DNA of 50,923 bases from Bacteroidota bacterium. GTDB taxonomy: Bacteria > Bacteroidota > Bacteroidia > UKL13-3. The notes below the pieces were generated by a model. The model ran no database searches. It had not been told where the DNA came from and worked only from the letters and a program-made list of their open reading frames with translations. The translations under genes and the position numbers were made by a program. Below, in pieces: positions 9,196 to 17,975 of the stretch. The stretch is taken from contig JAZKGH010000189.1 in the NCBI GenBank assembly GCA_040386055.1, forward strand, positions 1 through 50,923, given 5' to 3'. The stretch's first letter is position 1; each line of letters begins with the position of its first letter.

Positions 9196-10047
9196 ATGCA
9201 ACAGATATCTACCATCGGCATTGCCGGAGCAGGAACCATGGGAGCTGGGATCGCTCAGGTAACCGCGCAAGCAGGTTATCAAACCATTTTATTTGATTTG
9301 AATCTACAGGTGTTGGATAAAGCACAGGCGGGTTTGGAAAAGGGGTTAAGTGGACTTGTTGCCAAAGCAAAAATTACAGAAGCGGATAAAACGGCCATTC
9401 TGGGAAGAATTTTGTTTACCTCGGACGTAGAACAGTTGAAAGCGGATTTAATTATTGAAGCGATCATTGAAAAGTTGGATATCAAACAACAACTATTTCT
9501 GAAACTGGCCGACATTAATGGCAATCATACTATTTTAGCAACCAATACATCATCGATTCCTGTAACGCAGATTGCAGCTAAGATTCCTAACCCTAAACGT
9601 GTGTTGGGTATCCACTTTTTCAACCCGGCTCCGATTATGAAACTGGTGGAAATTATTTTGGGTGTGGAAACGGATCCGGCCATTGCACAACAATGTAAAA
9701 CGTTGATTGAACAAATGGATAAAACATGTGTGATGGCGGCTGATGCACCCGGATTTATTGTGAACCGTGTGGCACGTCATTATTATGTGGAGGGTTTGAA
9801 AATTGCCGAAGAAAAGGTAGCAGATATTCCGACCATTGACGCCTTGCTGGAAAGCAGCGGGTTTAAAATGGGACCGTTCCGTTTAATGGATCTGATTGGA
9901 GTAGATACTAATTTTTCTGTTACATCTTCTATCTACAACCTGTTTCATCAGGATGGAAAATTCCGTCCGAGTCGCATTCAGCAACAAAAAGTAGATGCCG
10001 GACATTATGGACGCAAAACGGGAAGAGGCTTTTACACGTACGAATAA
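9196..10047 (+). CDS. hbd: 3-hydroxyacyl-CoA / 3-hydroxybutyryl-CoA dehydrogenase.
   Basis: It reads IGIAGAGTMGAGIAQV (NAD-binding fold) ...TNTSS...HFFNPAP...GFIVNR...MGPF.L.DLIG.D. I chose the start at MQQIST (9196), because the longer ORF from 9130 runs through the repeat region. Confidence 0.9.
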   Translation: MQQISTIGIAGAGTMGAGIAQVTAQAGYQTILFDLNLQVLDKAQAGLEKGLSGLVAKAKITEADKTAILGRILFTSDVEQLKADLIIEAIIEKLDIKQQLFLKLADINGNHTILATNTSSIPVTQIAAKIPNPKRVLGIHFFNPAPIMKLVEIILGVETDPAIAQQCKTLIEQMDKTCVMAADAPGFIVNRVARHYYVEGLKIAEEKVADIPTIDALLESSGFKMGPFRLMDLIGVDTNFSVTSSIYNLFHQDGKFRPSRIQQQKVDAGHYGRKTGRGFYTYE

Positions 10048-10076
10048 TACCCTGTATTCGTTTATTGATAGATTAC

Positions 10077-10556
10077 ATGAATAACATTAATAGATACATC
10101 AATGTTTTGGTACTGTTTTCACTTTCAGTGGTATTGGTATGCTGCAAAAAAAGTACTGACACGTCTGATTTTTTCAACCCGGTTCAGTTCAAAACGCAGT
10201 TGAATTTAAACCTTCCGCAATATATTGGTTTACTGGCACCGCAGGGATATGTCTACATTCCGGAAGGCAACAAGGGTACTGTAGTGTATCATTTGCCACA
10301 AGGTGGATTTGCAGCATATGACAGAACATGCTCCTATAACCCGAATGATGCGTGCGCACAAATCACGGTTGATAGTAACTATGCCGGAATGCATTGCGGA
10401 AAATACAATAAAGGGTTTCAGGCATGCTGTGCATCAGTGTTTGATTTGAATACAGGAACGGCCATTCAAAAACCGGCATCCCGCCCGTTGAAATCCTATT
10501 ACACATCGTATGACGAAGCACAAAAAGTGTTATACGTAAGCACCACCCCGTTTTAA
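10077..10556 (+). CDS. Hypothetical Cys-rich lipoprotein.
   Basis: The signal and lipobox read MNNINRYINVLVLFSLSVVLVCC. The mature part has eight Cys residues after the lipobox and no motif I can name with confidence. The ATG at 10077 is preferred over the TTG at 10065. Confidence 0.55.
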   Translation: MNNINRYINVLVLFSLSVVLVCCKKSTDTSDFFNPVQFKTQLNLNLPQYIGLLAPQGYVYIPEGNKGTVVYHLPQGGFAAYDRTCSYNPNDACAQITVDSNYAGMHCGKYNKGFQACCASVFDLNTGTAIQKPASRPLKSYYTSYDEAQKVLYVSTTPF

Positions 10557-10618
10557 GGGATAAGGAATATTTAATCTCGAAATAAAATATAAAGAGTAAA
10601 AATATTAAATCATAAAAC

Positions 10619-10647
10619 GAAGGAGTTCTCCTTTTAATTTTTTTCTA
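10619..10647 (+). terminator. Rho-independent terminator downstream of the lipoprotein gene.
   Basis: The aagga-gttc-tcctt hairpin is followed by ttaattttttt. Confidence 0.5.
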
Positions 10648-10689
10648 TTTAAATAGTAACAGTTTTTTCGAATTTCGAGATTGAATATT

Positions 10690-11442
10690 TTAGATTTCTA
10701 CCCATACCGGACAGTGATCTGAGTGTTTTACTTGTTGTAAAATACCGGCATCTTTTAATTCAATATTGGGAGTGGTGAGGCAATAATCAATGCGCCAGCC
10801 TTTATTTCGTTCACGCGCTGCCGCTCGGAATGTCCACCAACTGTATTGATGTGGTTCAGGGTGAAATTGCCGGAATGTATCTACAAAACCATTATCCATA
10901 AATTTACCTAACCATTCTCTTTCTTCCGGTAAAAACCCGGAGCTGTTTTTATTGCCCACCGGATCATGGATATCAATAGGTTTGTGACAGATATTGTAAT
11001 CACCACAAATAATGAGCTTCTTCTTTTCTTTCTTCAACTGATTAATGTAATTGTAAAAATAATCGAGCCATATCATTTTGTATGCTTGTCGTATTTCTCC
11101 ACTTGAACCTGAGGGAATGTATACACTTATAACAGATGTATCACCAAAATCGGCACGTACAATGCGCCCTTCCGCATCAAACGAAGGGTCGCCAAATCCA
11201 TAAACTACATTATCCGGAGTCTGCTTGGTGAAGATAGCCACACCACTGTATCCTTTTTTCTGAGCCGAGAACCAAAAGCTTTTATATCCGAAAAAATCAA
11301 ATTGTGCATGGTCTATTTGCGAGTTATCTGCCTTGGTTTCCTGAAAGCAGTATACATCGGCCTTCCGTTCTTCCATCCAGTTTAACAGACCTTTGCTGAT
11401 GGCTGAACGGATACCATTTACATTATAGGATACAATTTGCAT
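10690..11442 (-). CDS. xth: Exodeoxyribonuclease III.
   Basis: It reads MQIVSYNVNGIRSA...DVYCFQETK...GDYNICH...WWTFR...GWRIDY...SDHCPV, the canonical ExoIII/APE1 motifs. Confidence 0.93.
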   Translation of the reverse strand: MQIVSYNVNGIRSAISKGLLNWMEERKADVYCFQETKADNSQIDHAQFDFFGYKSFWFSAQKKGYSGVAIFTKQTPDNVVYGFGDPSFDAEGRIVRADFGDTSVISVYIPSGSSGEIRQAYKMIWLDYFYNYINQLKKEKKKLIICGDYNICHKPIDIHDPVGNKNSSGFLPEEREWLGKFMDNGFVDTFRQFHPEPHQYSWWTFRAAARERNKGWRIDYCLTTPNIELKDAGILQQVKHSDHCPVWVEI

Positions 11443-11543
11443 ATAGTGTGTGTTGATTGTACAAAAACAAAGATTGTTATCGACAAATAAACACTAAAAA
11501 ACATGAACTCGGTAATGTGAAATAATGCATCTTCGCGCACTAT

Positions 11544-11939
11544 ATGTTGTACGTAAAAAAATCAAAACTTCCCAAAGCAGGCAAAGGCCTGTTTACCGAT
11601 ACGGATATTCCCAGAGGTGAAATTGTATGTGAATACGAAGGAGAAAAAGTAACCTGGAAGGAATGCCTGCGCAGAAATGAAAATCAGGAAGGTAAAGGAG
11701 GGTATTTCTTCCATATTACCGATCGTAATTGTGTAGATGCACAGCATACATTGTGGGCATTGGGTCGTTATGCGAATGATGCAGGAGGGCCGAGTAAAAT
11801 TACCGCCCTAAAAAACAATGCCAGATATGAGGTGATCAAAAACAAACCATATATTGTGGCGTTGAAAAAAATAAAAGCAGGAGAGGAAGTATTTGTATCC
11901 TATGGCAAGGTATACTGGGAAGCGATGATGGAAGACTAA
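11544..11939 (+). CDS. SET domain-containing protein (putative protein lysine methyltransferase).
   Basis: This 131-aa protein reads GKGLFTDTDIPRGEIVCEYEGEKV...RYANDA...AGEEVFVSYG, matching the GxG, (R/N)HS-like and ELxxxY-like blocks of SET domains. Confidence 0.8.
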   Translation: MLYVKKSKLPKAGKGLFTDTDIPRGEIVCEYEGEKVTWKECLRRNENQEGKGGYFFHITDRNCVDAQHTLWALGRYANDAGGPSKITALKNNARYEVIKNKPYIVALKKIKAGEEVFVSYGKVYWEAMMED

Positions 11940-12199
11940 GGCAACAAAAGAATTTTTTCGTACACTATCCTGATAGCTATCGGGACAAAAAAATGAAGAG
12001 GAAGAAAGAGTACCGAGGAGTGCTAATTGGTTGGATACGCGATTAGTTGATAAGTGTTAAACGTATCAGAAGTTGTTCTGTGTTCGCTGTGTTTCCCGCA
12101 TTGCAGAGCGTTGCGTTAGCTGTGGTAAATGAAATGTCCAACACGAAAACAAAGGTTCACCAGCCGTAATAAAATAACTCCTTGTTGTTTGTATATTCT

Positions 12200-14737
12200 T
12201 TAGAAGACAATACTGATTCCTACATTGAGGCCCCATTTGCGGGCATCTTTATTACCTAAATAGGTAAGCCGGTGCACCGAGCTGATGGAGATAAACTTGA
12301 AAATGTTTTCAAACCCATAAGCTATTTCGGCATAAGGATCATTTCCAAAAAAGTATATCGGAGACAATGATCGTCCATCGGAATTGGTAGCAGGTAAAAT
12401 CAAGTTGTTTTGACGGGTAAGATGTCCGTATGCTGTTTTCACTGCGGCAAAATTTCTCAGCTTCCATTTTTTCAGTAACGGAACACGGTTGGTAAACAAA
12501 CCCTCGAAGTGCTGAATGTATGAAAACTGAGTATACTCATCCGCCACAAATTCGTATAAATTCATGAGACTGTAATTCTTGTCGCTATATATAAAGGTTG
12601 GATTTCCCCGGGGTACATCCAACATTGGATACGGCAGGCGACCGAATACTTTACCAACCGTAATGCTAAAATCAGCGTTCCCTAAAAACCCTGTAGCGAG
12701 ATGTTGGCTCATGTTGAGTTGCAATTTATCATAGCTGAAATCGCCACCTAAGAATCCTCTGAATCCGCGTGTATACAAAAAGGTAAATGCAGGTGCCTTT
12801 GGCATCGTCATTCGGATGCGCTGACTTCCCCGAATTGCCATCAATTCTTTATAGGCATAGCGTAACTCAAACGAAGCAGCCGTGTATCTGAAACTTTCTG
12901 CTAACTCAGGTACACCGGATCCTCCGCGGTGTGGATTTTTTTCATACGCAAACACAAAACTTCCCACGGGTTCGAAGTATGTTCGTTGCAACCCTATCCT
13001 ATAAGTCCAGTCTCTGTTTATTTGTTTGATGAAGTTGGTTTGTACTTCCATCGTCCGGTTAATGCGGGTGCCGGGAGCTCCAAAACTCAATGCCGCAAAG
13101 AGATTAGACATTCCATTGTTTACCTGAAGTGTGCTGTTTTGATTCCCATCCGTTACACCTAAAATATCATAATCGTTTTTAAACTGGATACTGATAATAC
13201 TCCATTTTTTCCGCGAGAGTACATAATCTACACCAAGCCCGTATTTAAATTTTTCATCTTTGACCCCATACGCCACATAGGGTCGCAATACCCAATGTTT
13301 GGAAAAACTCATGTTAGTGCGTAGCCCCAATCGTAAGCGCAAGTGTTCTACTTCATTGTATCCAATAAACAATAAATACGGACCTACATCCACTTTGTTT
13401 TTGCGGTAGTATCCTTCAAGCACGAGTCGTACAATATCAAGGTAGGTTTTAACCGCAGGAAGATTTTTTACCGAATCGATCATGGTGAACATTTGTTTTT
13501 CGGTAGTGGTAAAAGGTTCGGTACGCAGTGTATCCCAATAGTTAGAATCCCTTTCGGTGGATTCATAATCCCGTTCAATTTGTACATCAAAAAATTCAGG
13601 TGGTTTTTTCTGATTGAGAATAAAGTTGGTATTGGTGCGGTACATTTTGGCAATGAAACTGCTTGTATTGGCACTCAGCTCGGCAACATCCACAATCAAA
13701 CGTGTTTTGTAAGGAACCCATGCACCTTTGCCTGTGCGAATCATTTCCTGTTGTACTTTAAGACGGTCAATAAAATTAATATTCGCAGAAGGAGACAACT
13801 CAACTTGTATACGTTTGATGGCATAGGTTGAATCGGTAATCCACATGGTTCCAATAAAGCCTAAATCCTCTTCTCGTTTTAAATTCAATTGAATCTGATA
13901 ACATTTTAAGCCGTCAATAAAAGTTGAATCAAGTAAAGTATAAATGTAATAGGAGTTGCTTCCGGAAGCGATCGGAGAGATAAAATCTTTGCCAAGTAAC
14001 CGCAACCAGTTTTGGTTGAAATTAAGTTGCAGCAAACTTCCCCCCAGCATATCTATAATGTAGCTTCCCTGCTCCACACCAAACCCTGTGATACTGCTGG
14101 CTTTAATAATTTCTTTGGAAATGGAAGGTTCGTTGTTTTGATAAAAACGCGAATACGTTTCACTAATCATCACCGGAAGAATATATTTTCCTTCTTCATT
14201 TTTCAGTTGATTAGCGGTATCAAATAAATCCCTGATGGGTCTGAACAGTTTGTTGTTGCGCATCTTCTCCGAAATATTGTCCATTGATACGTCAATCTTG
14301 GTATAATTGTCGTACTCATAGGCAGCGAGATTTCTGGAGTCATTACGTTCACGCAGCTCTTGTGCTCTTTTGATAATGCGCAATGCCGGGTTTTCTCCCG
14401 GGCGAACAACCACTTCGAGCAGGTCATTCGTTTGTTCGGAAAGTTCAATGGTCAGACGTTGTTTTTGTTTGGGTATAATTTTGATGCGGGCAGTTTTATA
14501 ACCCAAATACGAAACAATAATACTATCAACAGGAAGAGTAGTGCGAATGGTGAAGTTTCCCTCAAAATCACTGGTTGCACCAATTTTGGTTCCTTTAAAT
14601 CCGATGCTTACAAAGGGTATTGGTTCGGCTTTTCCTTTTTCCAGCACCCTTCCACTCACAACCGTTTCTTCCTGTGCGAAACAGGAGAGCGTAAGAGAAA
14701 AGAATATCAGGAAGAAACAAAAGAAAGCGATTCTCAT
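12200..14737 (-). CDS. Large outer-membrane-type protein with a carboxypeptidase-like regulatory domain (DUF5686-like).
   Basis: It has a signal peptide followed by VSGRVLEKGKAEPIPFVSIGFKGTKIGATSDFEGNFTI (CarboxypepD_reg-like fold). A long beta-rich C-terminal region ends in ...LNVGISIVF, an aromatic terminal residue typical of OM barrels. Confidence 0.8.
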   Translation of the reverse strand: MRIAFFCFFLIFFSLTLSCFAQEETVVSGRVLEKGKAEPIPFVSIGFKGTKIGATSDFEGNFTIRTTLPVDSIIVSYLGYKTARIKIIPKQKQRLTIELSEQTNDLLEVVVRPGENPALRIIKRAQELRERNDSRNLAAYEYDNYTKIDVSMDNISEKMRNNKLFRPIRDLFDTANQLKNEEGKYILPVMISETYSRFYQNNEPSISKEIIKASSITGFGVEQGSYIIDMLGGSLLQLNFNQNWLRLLGKDFISPIASGSNSYYIYTLLDSTFIDGLKCYQIQLNLKREEDLGFIGTMWITDSTYAIKRIQVELSPSANINFIDRLKVQQEMIRTGKGAWVPYKTRLIVDVAELSANTSSFIAKMYRTNTNFILNQKKPPEFFDVQIERDYESTERDSNYWDTLRTEPFTTTEKQMFTMIDSVKNLPAVKTYLDIVRLVLEGYYRKNKVDVGPYLLFIGYNEVEHLRLRLGLRTNMSFSKHWVLRPYVAYGVKDEKFKYGLGVDYVLSRKKWSIISIQFKNDYDILGVTDGNQNSTLQVNNGMSNLFAALSFGAPGTRINRTMEVQTNFIKQINRDWTYRIGLQRTYFEPVGSFVFAYEKNPHRGGSGVPELAESFRYTAASFELRYAYKELMAIRGSQRIRMTMPKAPAFTFLYTRGFRGFLGGDFSYDKLQLNMSQHLATGFLGNADFSITVGKVFGRLPYPMLDVPRGNPTFIYSDKNYSLMNLYEFVADEYTQFSYIQHFEGLFTNRVPLLKKWKLRNFAAVKTAYGHLTRQNNLILPATNSDGRSLSPIYFFGNDPYAEIAYGFENIFKFISISSVHRLTYLGNKDARKWGLNVGISIVF

Positions 14738-15576
14738 TTCAGGAGCTTCATTTTCATGCGCAAATCAACCAATGGTCTGTTAAGTGTATCTGTTTTTTGT
14801 GCTGCGATAGAATCCAATACCCGTAGCCCCGAAACAACTTCTCCAAAAACTGTGTAGTTTCCATCGAGATGTGGAGCGCCACCCATCTGCAAGTAATCAA
14901 TAATTTGGTTGGGGCCGAATTTGAATTCATTTGGTGCATATGCTTTATCAATCACCGTTTGCAAGGAAAGCATATACTTATGAAGTCCCTCTTTATCACC
15001 CCTCAAGGTAAAGTCATTGAATTTGGCATTGATGGAATCCGACTTCAGCATTTTGCTGAACATCACACGCTTCTCGTTATAGTTAACCTGATTTTCGTAA
15101 GCGGAGAGTTCTTCTATTTTAAAAGGTCTTCCCTGAACAATATAAAACTGACAACCACTTGAAACTTTCTCAGGATTCTCATTACGGGCCGCTGCCAGCG
15201 CTCCGCGTTTATGGTACAATTTTTTGTTGAATTCGGCAGGTATTGTATAAGGTACTTCCGTATCTCCCAAAGCTTTACCCGCTGGAGCATATTTGGAGTT
15301 GGGGTCACCGCCCTGAATCATAAAAGAAGGGATTACTCGGTGAAATAATAAACTGTCGTAAAAACCCTCCTTTACCAGTTTAACGAAGTTATCGCGGTGC
15401 AGAGGCGTCTCATTGTATAGTTTAACAACCATCTTCCCATACCGGGTGGTGATTTCAACCAGTTGCTCTTTTACGGGAGTCTGTTTGGGTGGTGTAAATG
15501 AACTGATAACCCATGTTGTAAGGGTTAATAGCGTATACAAGGTTAATTTGTTGAGTATGGTTATTTTTATCATCAT
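14734..15576 (-). CDS. Peptidyl-prolyl cis-trans isomerase, cyclophilin type, with a signal or anchor sequence.
   Basis: It reads FHRVIPSFMIQGGDP...SSGCQFYIV...HLDGNYTVFGEV. Its stop overlaps the downstream start (ATGA at 14734-14737). Confidence 0.93.
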   Translation of the reverse strand: MMIKITILNKLTLYTLLTLTTWVISSFTPPKQTPVKEQLVEITTRYGKMVVKLYNETPLHRDNFVKLVKEGFYDSLLFHRVIPSFMIQGGDPNSKYAPAGKALGDTEVPYTIPAEFNKKLYHKRGALAAARNENPEKVSSGCQFYIVQGRPFKIEELSAYENQVNYNEKRVMFSKMLKSDSINAKFNDFTLRGDKEGLHKYMLSLQTVIDKAYAPNEFKFGPNQIIDYLQMGGAPHLDGNYTVFGEVVSGLRVLDSIAAQKTDTLNRPLVDLRMKMKLLK

Positions 15577-15600
15577 CAGGCAAAATATAAAAGAAGCGGG

Positions 15601-15978
15601 CTATTTCAAAGCCTCGTCTTCTTCAAGCAAATCATTGATTTCAAAGTATTTCACAATAAGCTTCCGTAGAAACGTTTCTTGTTGCAATAAATCGGCATGG
15701 GGCAATTCCTTCAACAGCTTGTAATGTGGCCAGCCTTCATTGTCGTAATTCTCCAATTCATAGTATCCTTCCAAAGTGAGTAGCGCACAAGTTGCAATGT
15801 GCATCAGGTCCATCTTCTCATCTTTACTAAATTCACGTGTTTGCCCCAACTCTCTCATCCCTATCAAAAACAAAAACCCATTCATATCGGGTTTTTTGCC
15901 AAAATCCTTTTTAAGTGCAAACACAATTTTATACCACTTCATTTTAGTGGTTTCATCCATTTCATATACATCTGTCAT
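15601..15978 (-). CDS. Conserved hypothetical protein.
   Basis: The ORF has good coding character. The start at MTDVYEM (ATG 15976-15978) is preferred over the longer 16056 start. No domain was recognised. Confidence 0.5.
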   Translation of the reverse strand: MTDVYEMDETTKMKWYKIVFALKKDFGKKPDMNGFLFLIGMRELGQTREFSKDEKMDLMHIATCALLTLEGYYELENYDNEGWPHYKLLKELPHADLLQQETFLRKLIVKYFEINDLLEEDEALK

Positions 15979-16104
15979 CGTGGTTGCGAATGTAAACAAT
16001 AGCTTTTGTATATTGCTATGACAGCTTAGATACAATAAACCCTTATGAGGCTGCATAAAAATTAATTATTTATGTAGTTTTGTCCTCCGTTAAATTTATT
16101 TAGT

Positions 16105-16350
16105 ATGTTTAAGTTTTTGATTTATCTGTTGTTGATTTATCTAATATACAGGCTGGTATTTGGTCGTATGATGGGAAGTAGCATTAAAACCAAGGTATTT
16201 AGATTTGATACCCATCATCACTATCACACTAAAACAACTTCTGAAAAAGAGGAAGGGTCAGTAACTGTAAATCCGAAAATCAACAAGCAAAATACTGGTG
16301 GCAATGCACAAAACCTTGGTGAGTACGTAGATTATGAAGAAGTAAAATAA
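16105..16350 (+). CDS. Small membrane protein, DUF4834-like.
   Basis: It has the N-terminal transmembrane helix MFKFLIYLLLIYLIYRLVFG and the C-terminal motif GEYVDYEEV that I recall for DUF4834. Confidence 0.6.
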   Translation: MFKFLIYLLLIYLIYRLVFGRMMGSSIKTKVFRFDTHHHYHTKTTSEKEEGSVTVNPKINKQNTGGNAQNLGEYVDYEEVK

Positions 16351-17096
16351 TGGAAAAAAAGCTGCGTGCGCTATTACTCAAAACTCTTGGAACCGAAAGG
16401 TATCTTTCTTTAGTAAGTCGTATTTATATCCGCATGATTAAAGGCGGAATGATGAAAGCAAAATATCCGGAACTATTTTACCTCGAGCAACTTATCAAGC
16501 CCGGATTTATTTGCATTGATATTGGAGCCAATGTAGGTTACTATAGTACAATGCTTTCCCGTTTATGCGGCAATAATGGACATGTGCATGCCGTTGAACC
16601 GGTTCAATTGTTTCAGTCGGTCTTCAATCGGAATATGCGCGCATTTCAATGCACCAATGTTACTTTACATCCTGTGGCTTTGGGAGGAGAAACATCTACC
16701 ATTACTATGGGCACACCCGTTATTGACGGAGTATTTCGCCATGGATTGACGCACGTGGTTGAACCGAATGAGGATGTTACCGGAATGCATACTTACAGTG
16801 TAAACATGCGCAGGCCCGATGACTTGTTTGTTTCGCTGCAACGGGTTGATTTTATGAAATGTGACGTAGAAGGGTATGAAGTGTTTTTGATGCCCCATTT
16901 CACTAACCTGATAGCCAAATTTAAACCCCTTATTCAGATTGAAATATCATCTGCTGAGAATAGGGAAAGTATTATGAACCTGTTTGCACGTTTTGGATAC
17001 CACCCTTTTAAACTTTCTACAGGTACTTTGGTAAAGATGACCGCATCAGAGGCAATAGCCTATGAGAATGGCGATTTTTATTTTAAAGCAAAATAG
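16350..17096 (+). CDS. FkbM family methyltransferase.
   Basis: It reads CIDIGANVGYYS...VHAVEP...DFMKCDVEGYE, the FkbM pattern. Its start overlaps the upstream stop (TAATG). Confidence 0.75.
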   Translation: MEKKLRALLLKTLGTERYLSLVSRIYIRMIKGGMMKAKYPELFYLEQLIKPGFICIDIGANVGYYSTMLSRLCGNNGHVHAVEPVQLFQSVFNRNMRAFQCTNVTLHPVALGGETSTITMGTPVIDGVFRHGLTHVVEPNEDVTGMHTYSVNMRRPDDLFVSLQRVDFMKCDVEGYEVFLMPHFTNLIAKFKPLIQIEISSAENRESIMNLFARFGYHPFKLSTGTLVKMTASEAIAYENGDFYFKAK

Positions 17097-17107
17097 AAAT
17101 GAGTGGC

Positions 17108-17797
17108 TTACCACTCGTCTTCATCAACCACCGGTTTTTCTTTCAAAGCTTTCTTGAAGCTCTCAATCATCTTGTTAATGTCCCTGTCGGCATAACGTAA
17201 TATTGAATCAACACCTTTTATATTGGTTGTAGTGGTATAGTAATATTCGAAATAATTGCGGTTAGGTGATCCCTGATTTGGTTTTATCGCTTCATGTGCA
17301 AAGTTTGTAATGGAGTACTTGTAACGTCCTTCTTTAATAAGGATGGTCATTTTAAACAAGTACTTACCGTTAGGTTGTTTTGCATATTTATTGGCATACG
17401 AGTAAGCGGGAACCGATCCGTTTATGATGAGCTTTTGGTTTTTCTTATCTAACTCATACATCGCTTTGGGCTCACTTTTCCCATTTTCACTAAAGGTTTT
17501 GATCGCCCATTTTTTGGTACGGATATATAAAGAGTCAGAACTGCTTTCTTCCTGTTCTACCACACCGGTGTAAGTAATCAGGTTTGTTAGCGTATCCATA
17601 GCCAACACAATACGCTCGTAAGGTTTTACTACCACGGCAGTTTCAGCAGTCTGGTCTCCTTCTTGTGTATCACTTGGAGTGGCGGTGCTATCTGTAGTTG
17701 TATTAAAATCAAAACCAGGAGAATTAGGATCCTGAGTTTGTGCCGATACAAAAATTCCGGCAAGTACTAATGCAACTACACTAAAATATTTCTTCAT
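17108..17797 (-). CDS. Secreted hypothetical protein, possibly DUF4468-like.
   Basis: It has the signal peptide MKKYFSVVALVLAGIFVSAQ, a low-complexity Thr/Asp linker, and a beta-rich domain. Confidence 0.5.
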   Translation of the reverse strand: MKKYFSVVALVLAGIFVSAQTQDPNSPGFDFNTTTDSTATPSDTQEGDQTAETAVVVKPYERIVLAMDTLTNLITYTGVVEQEESSSDSLYIRTKKWAIKTFSENGKSEPKAMYELDKKNQKLIINGSVPAYSYANKYAKQPNGKYLFKMTILIKEGRYKYSITNFAHEAIKPNQGSPNRNYFEYYYTTTTNIKGVDSILRYADRDINKMIESFKKALKEKPVVDEDEW

Positions 17798-17975
17798 CTT
17801 TACGTTACTTTCGGTTAGGGTGGATTAACAAGCTGTCAAAAATAGAAAAAGCATTCATTTTTCAAACTGTCAATATTTATATTTTCAACAGACGCTCTTA
17901 TCCTATATATATCAACAAATATTAGTTGTGTTTATTGTGTGTGAAGGGGTTAAAAACACCATATTTGCCGTTTCA

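Noticed and set aside
8968-9282. 104-aa - strand ORF covering the hbd upstream region.
   Set aside because: It spans the repeat and palindrome region and overlaps the hbd start in antisense. It has no recognisable motif and its composition is driven by the repeats.
10077-10556. Possible degenerate Rieske-like fold in the Cys-rich lipoprotein.
   Set aside because: The Cys/His spacing (TCSY...HCGKY...ACCAS) does not reproduce the CxH...CxxH ligand pattern seen in the true Rieske protein at 5790-6131, so the resemblance is too weak to assert.
11940-12199. 260-bp non-coding gap after the SET gene, considered as a possible sRNA or riboswitch.
   Set aside because: It contains only a weak 8-bp imperfect hairpin (cctgatag/ctatcggg) and a 17-codon ORF. 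I found no conserved riboswitch core sequence that I could recognise and no repeat-family match, so there is not enough evidence to call a feature.
14360-14857. 165-aa + strand ORF across the DUF5686-like/PPIase junction.
   Set aside because: It is antisense to two well-supported, translationally coupled genes and has no recognisable domain.
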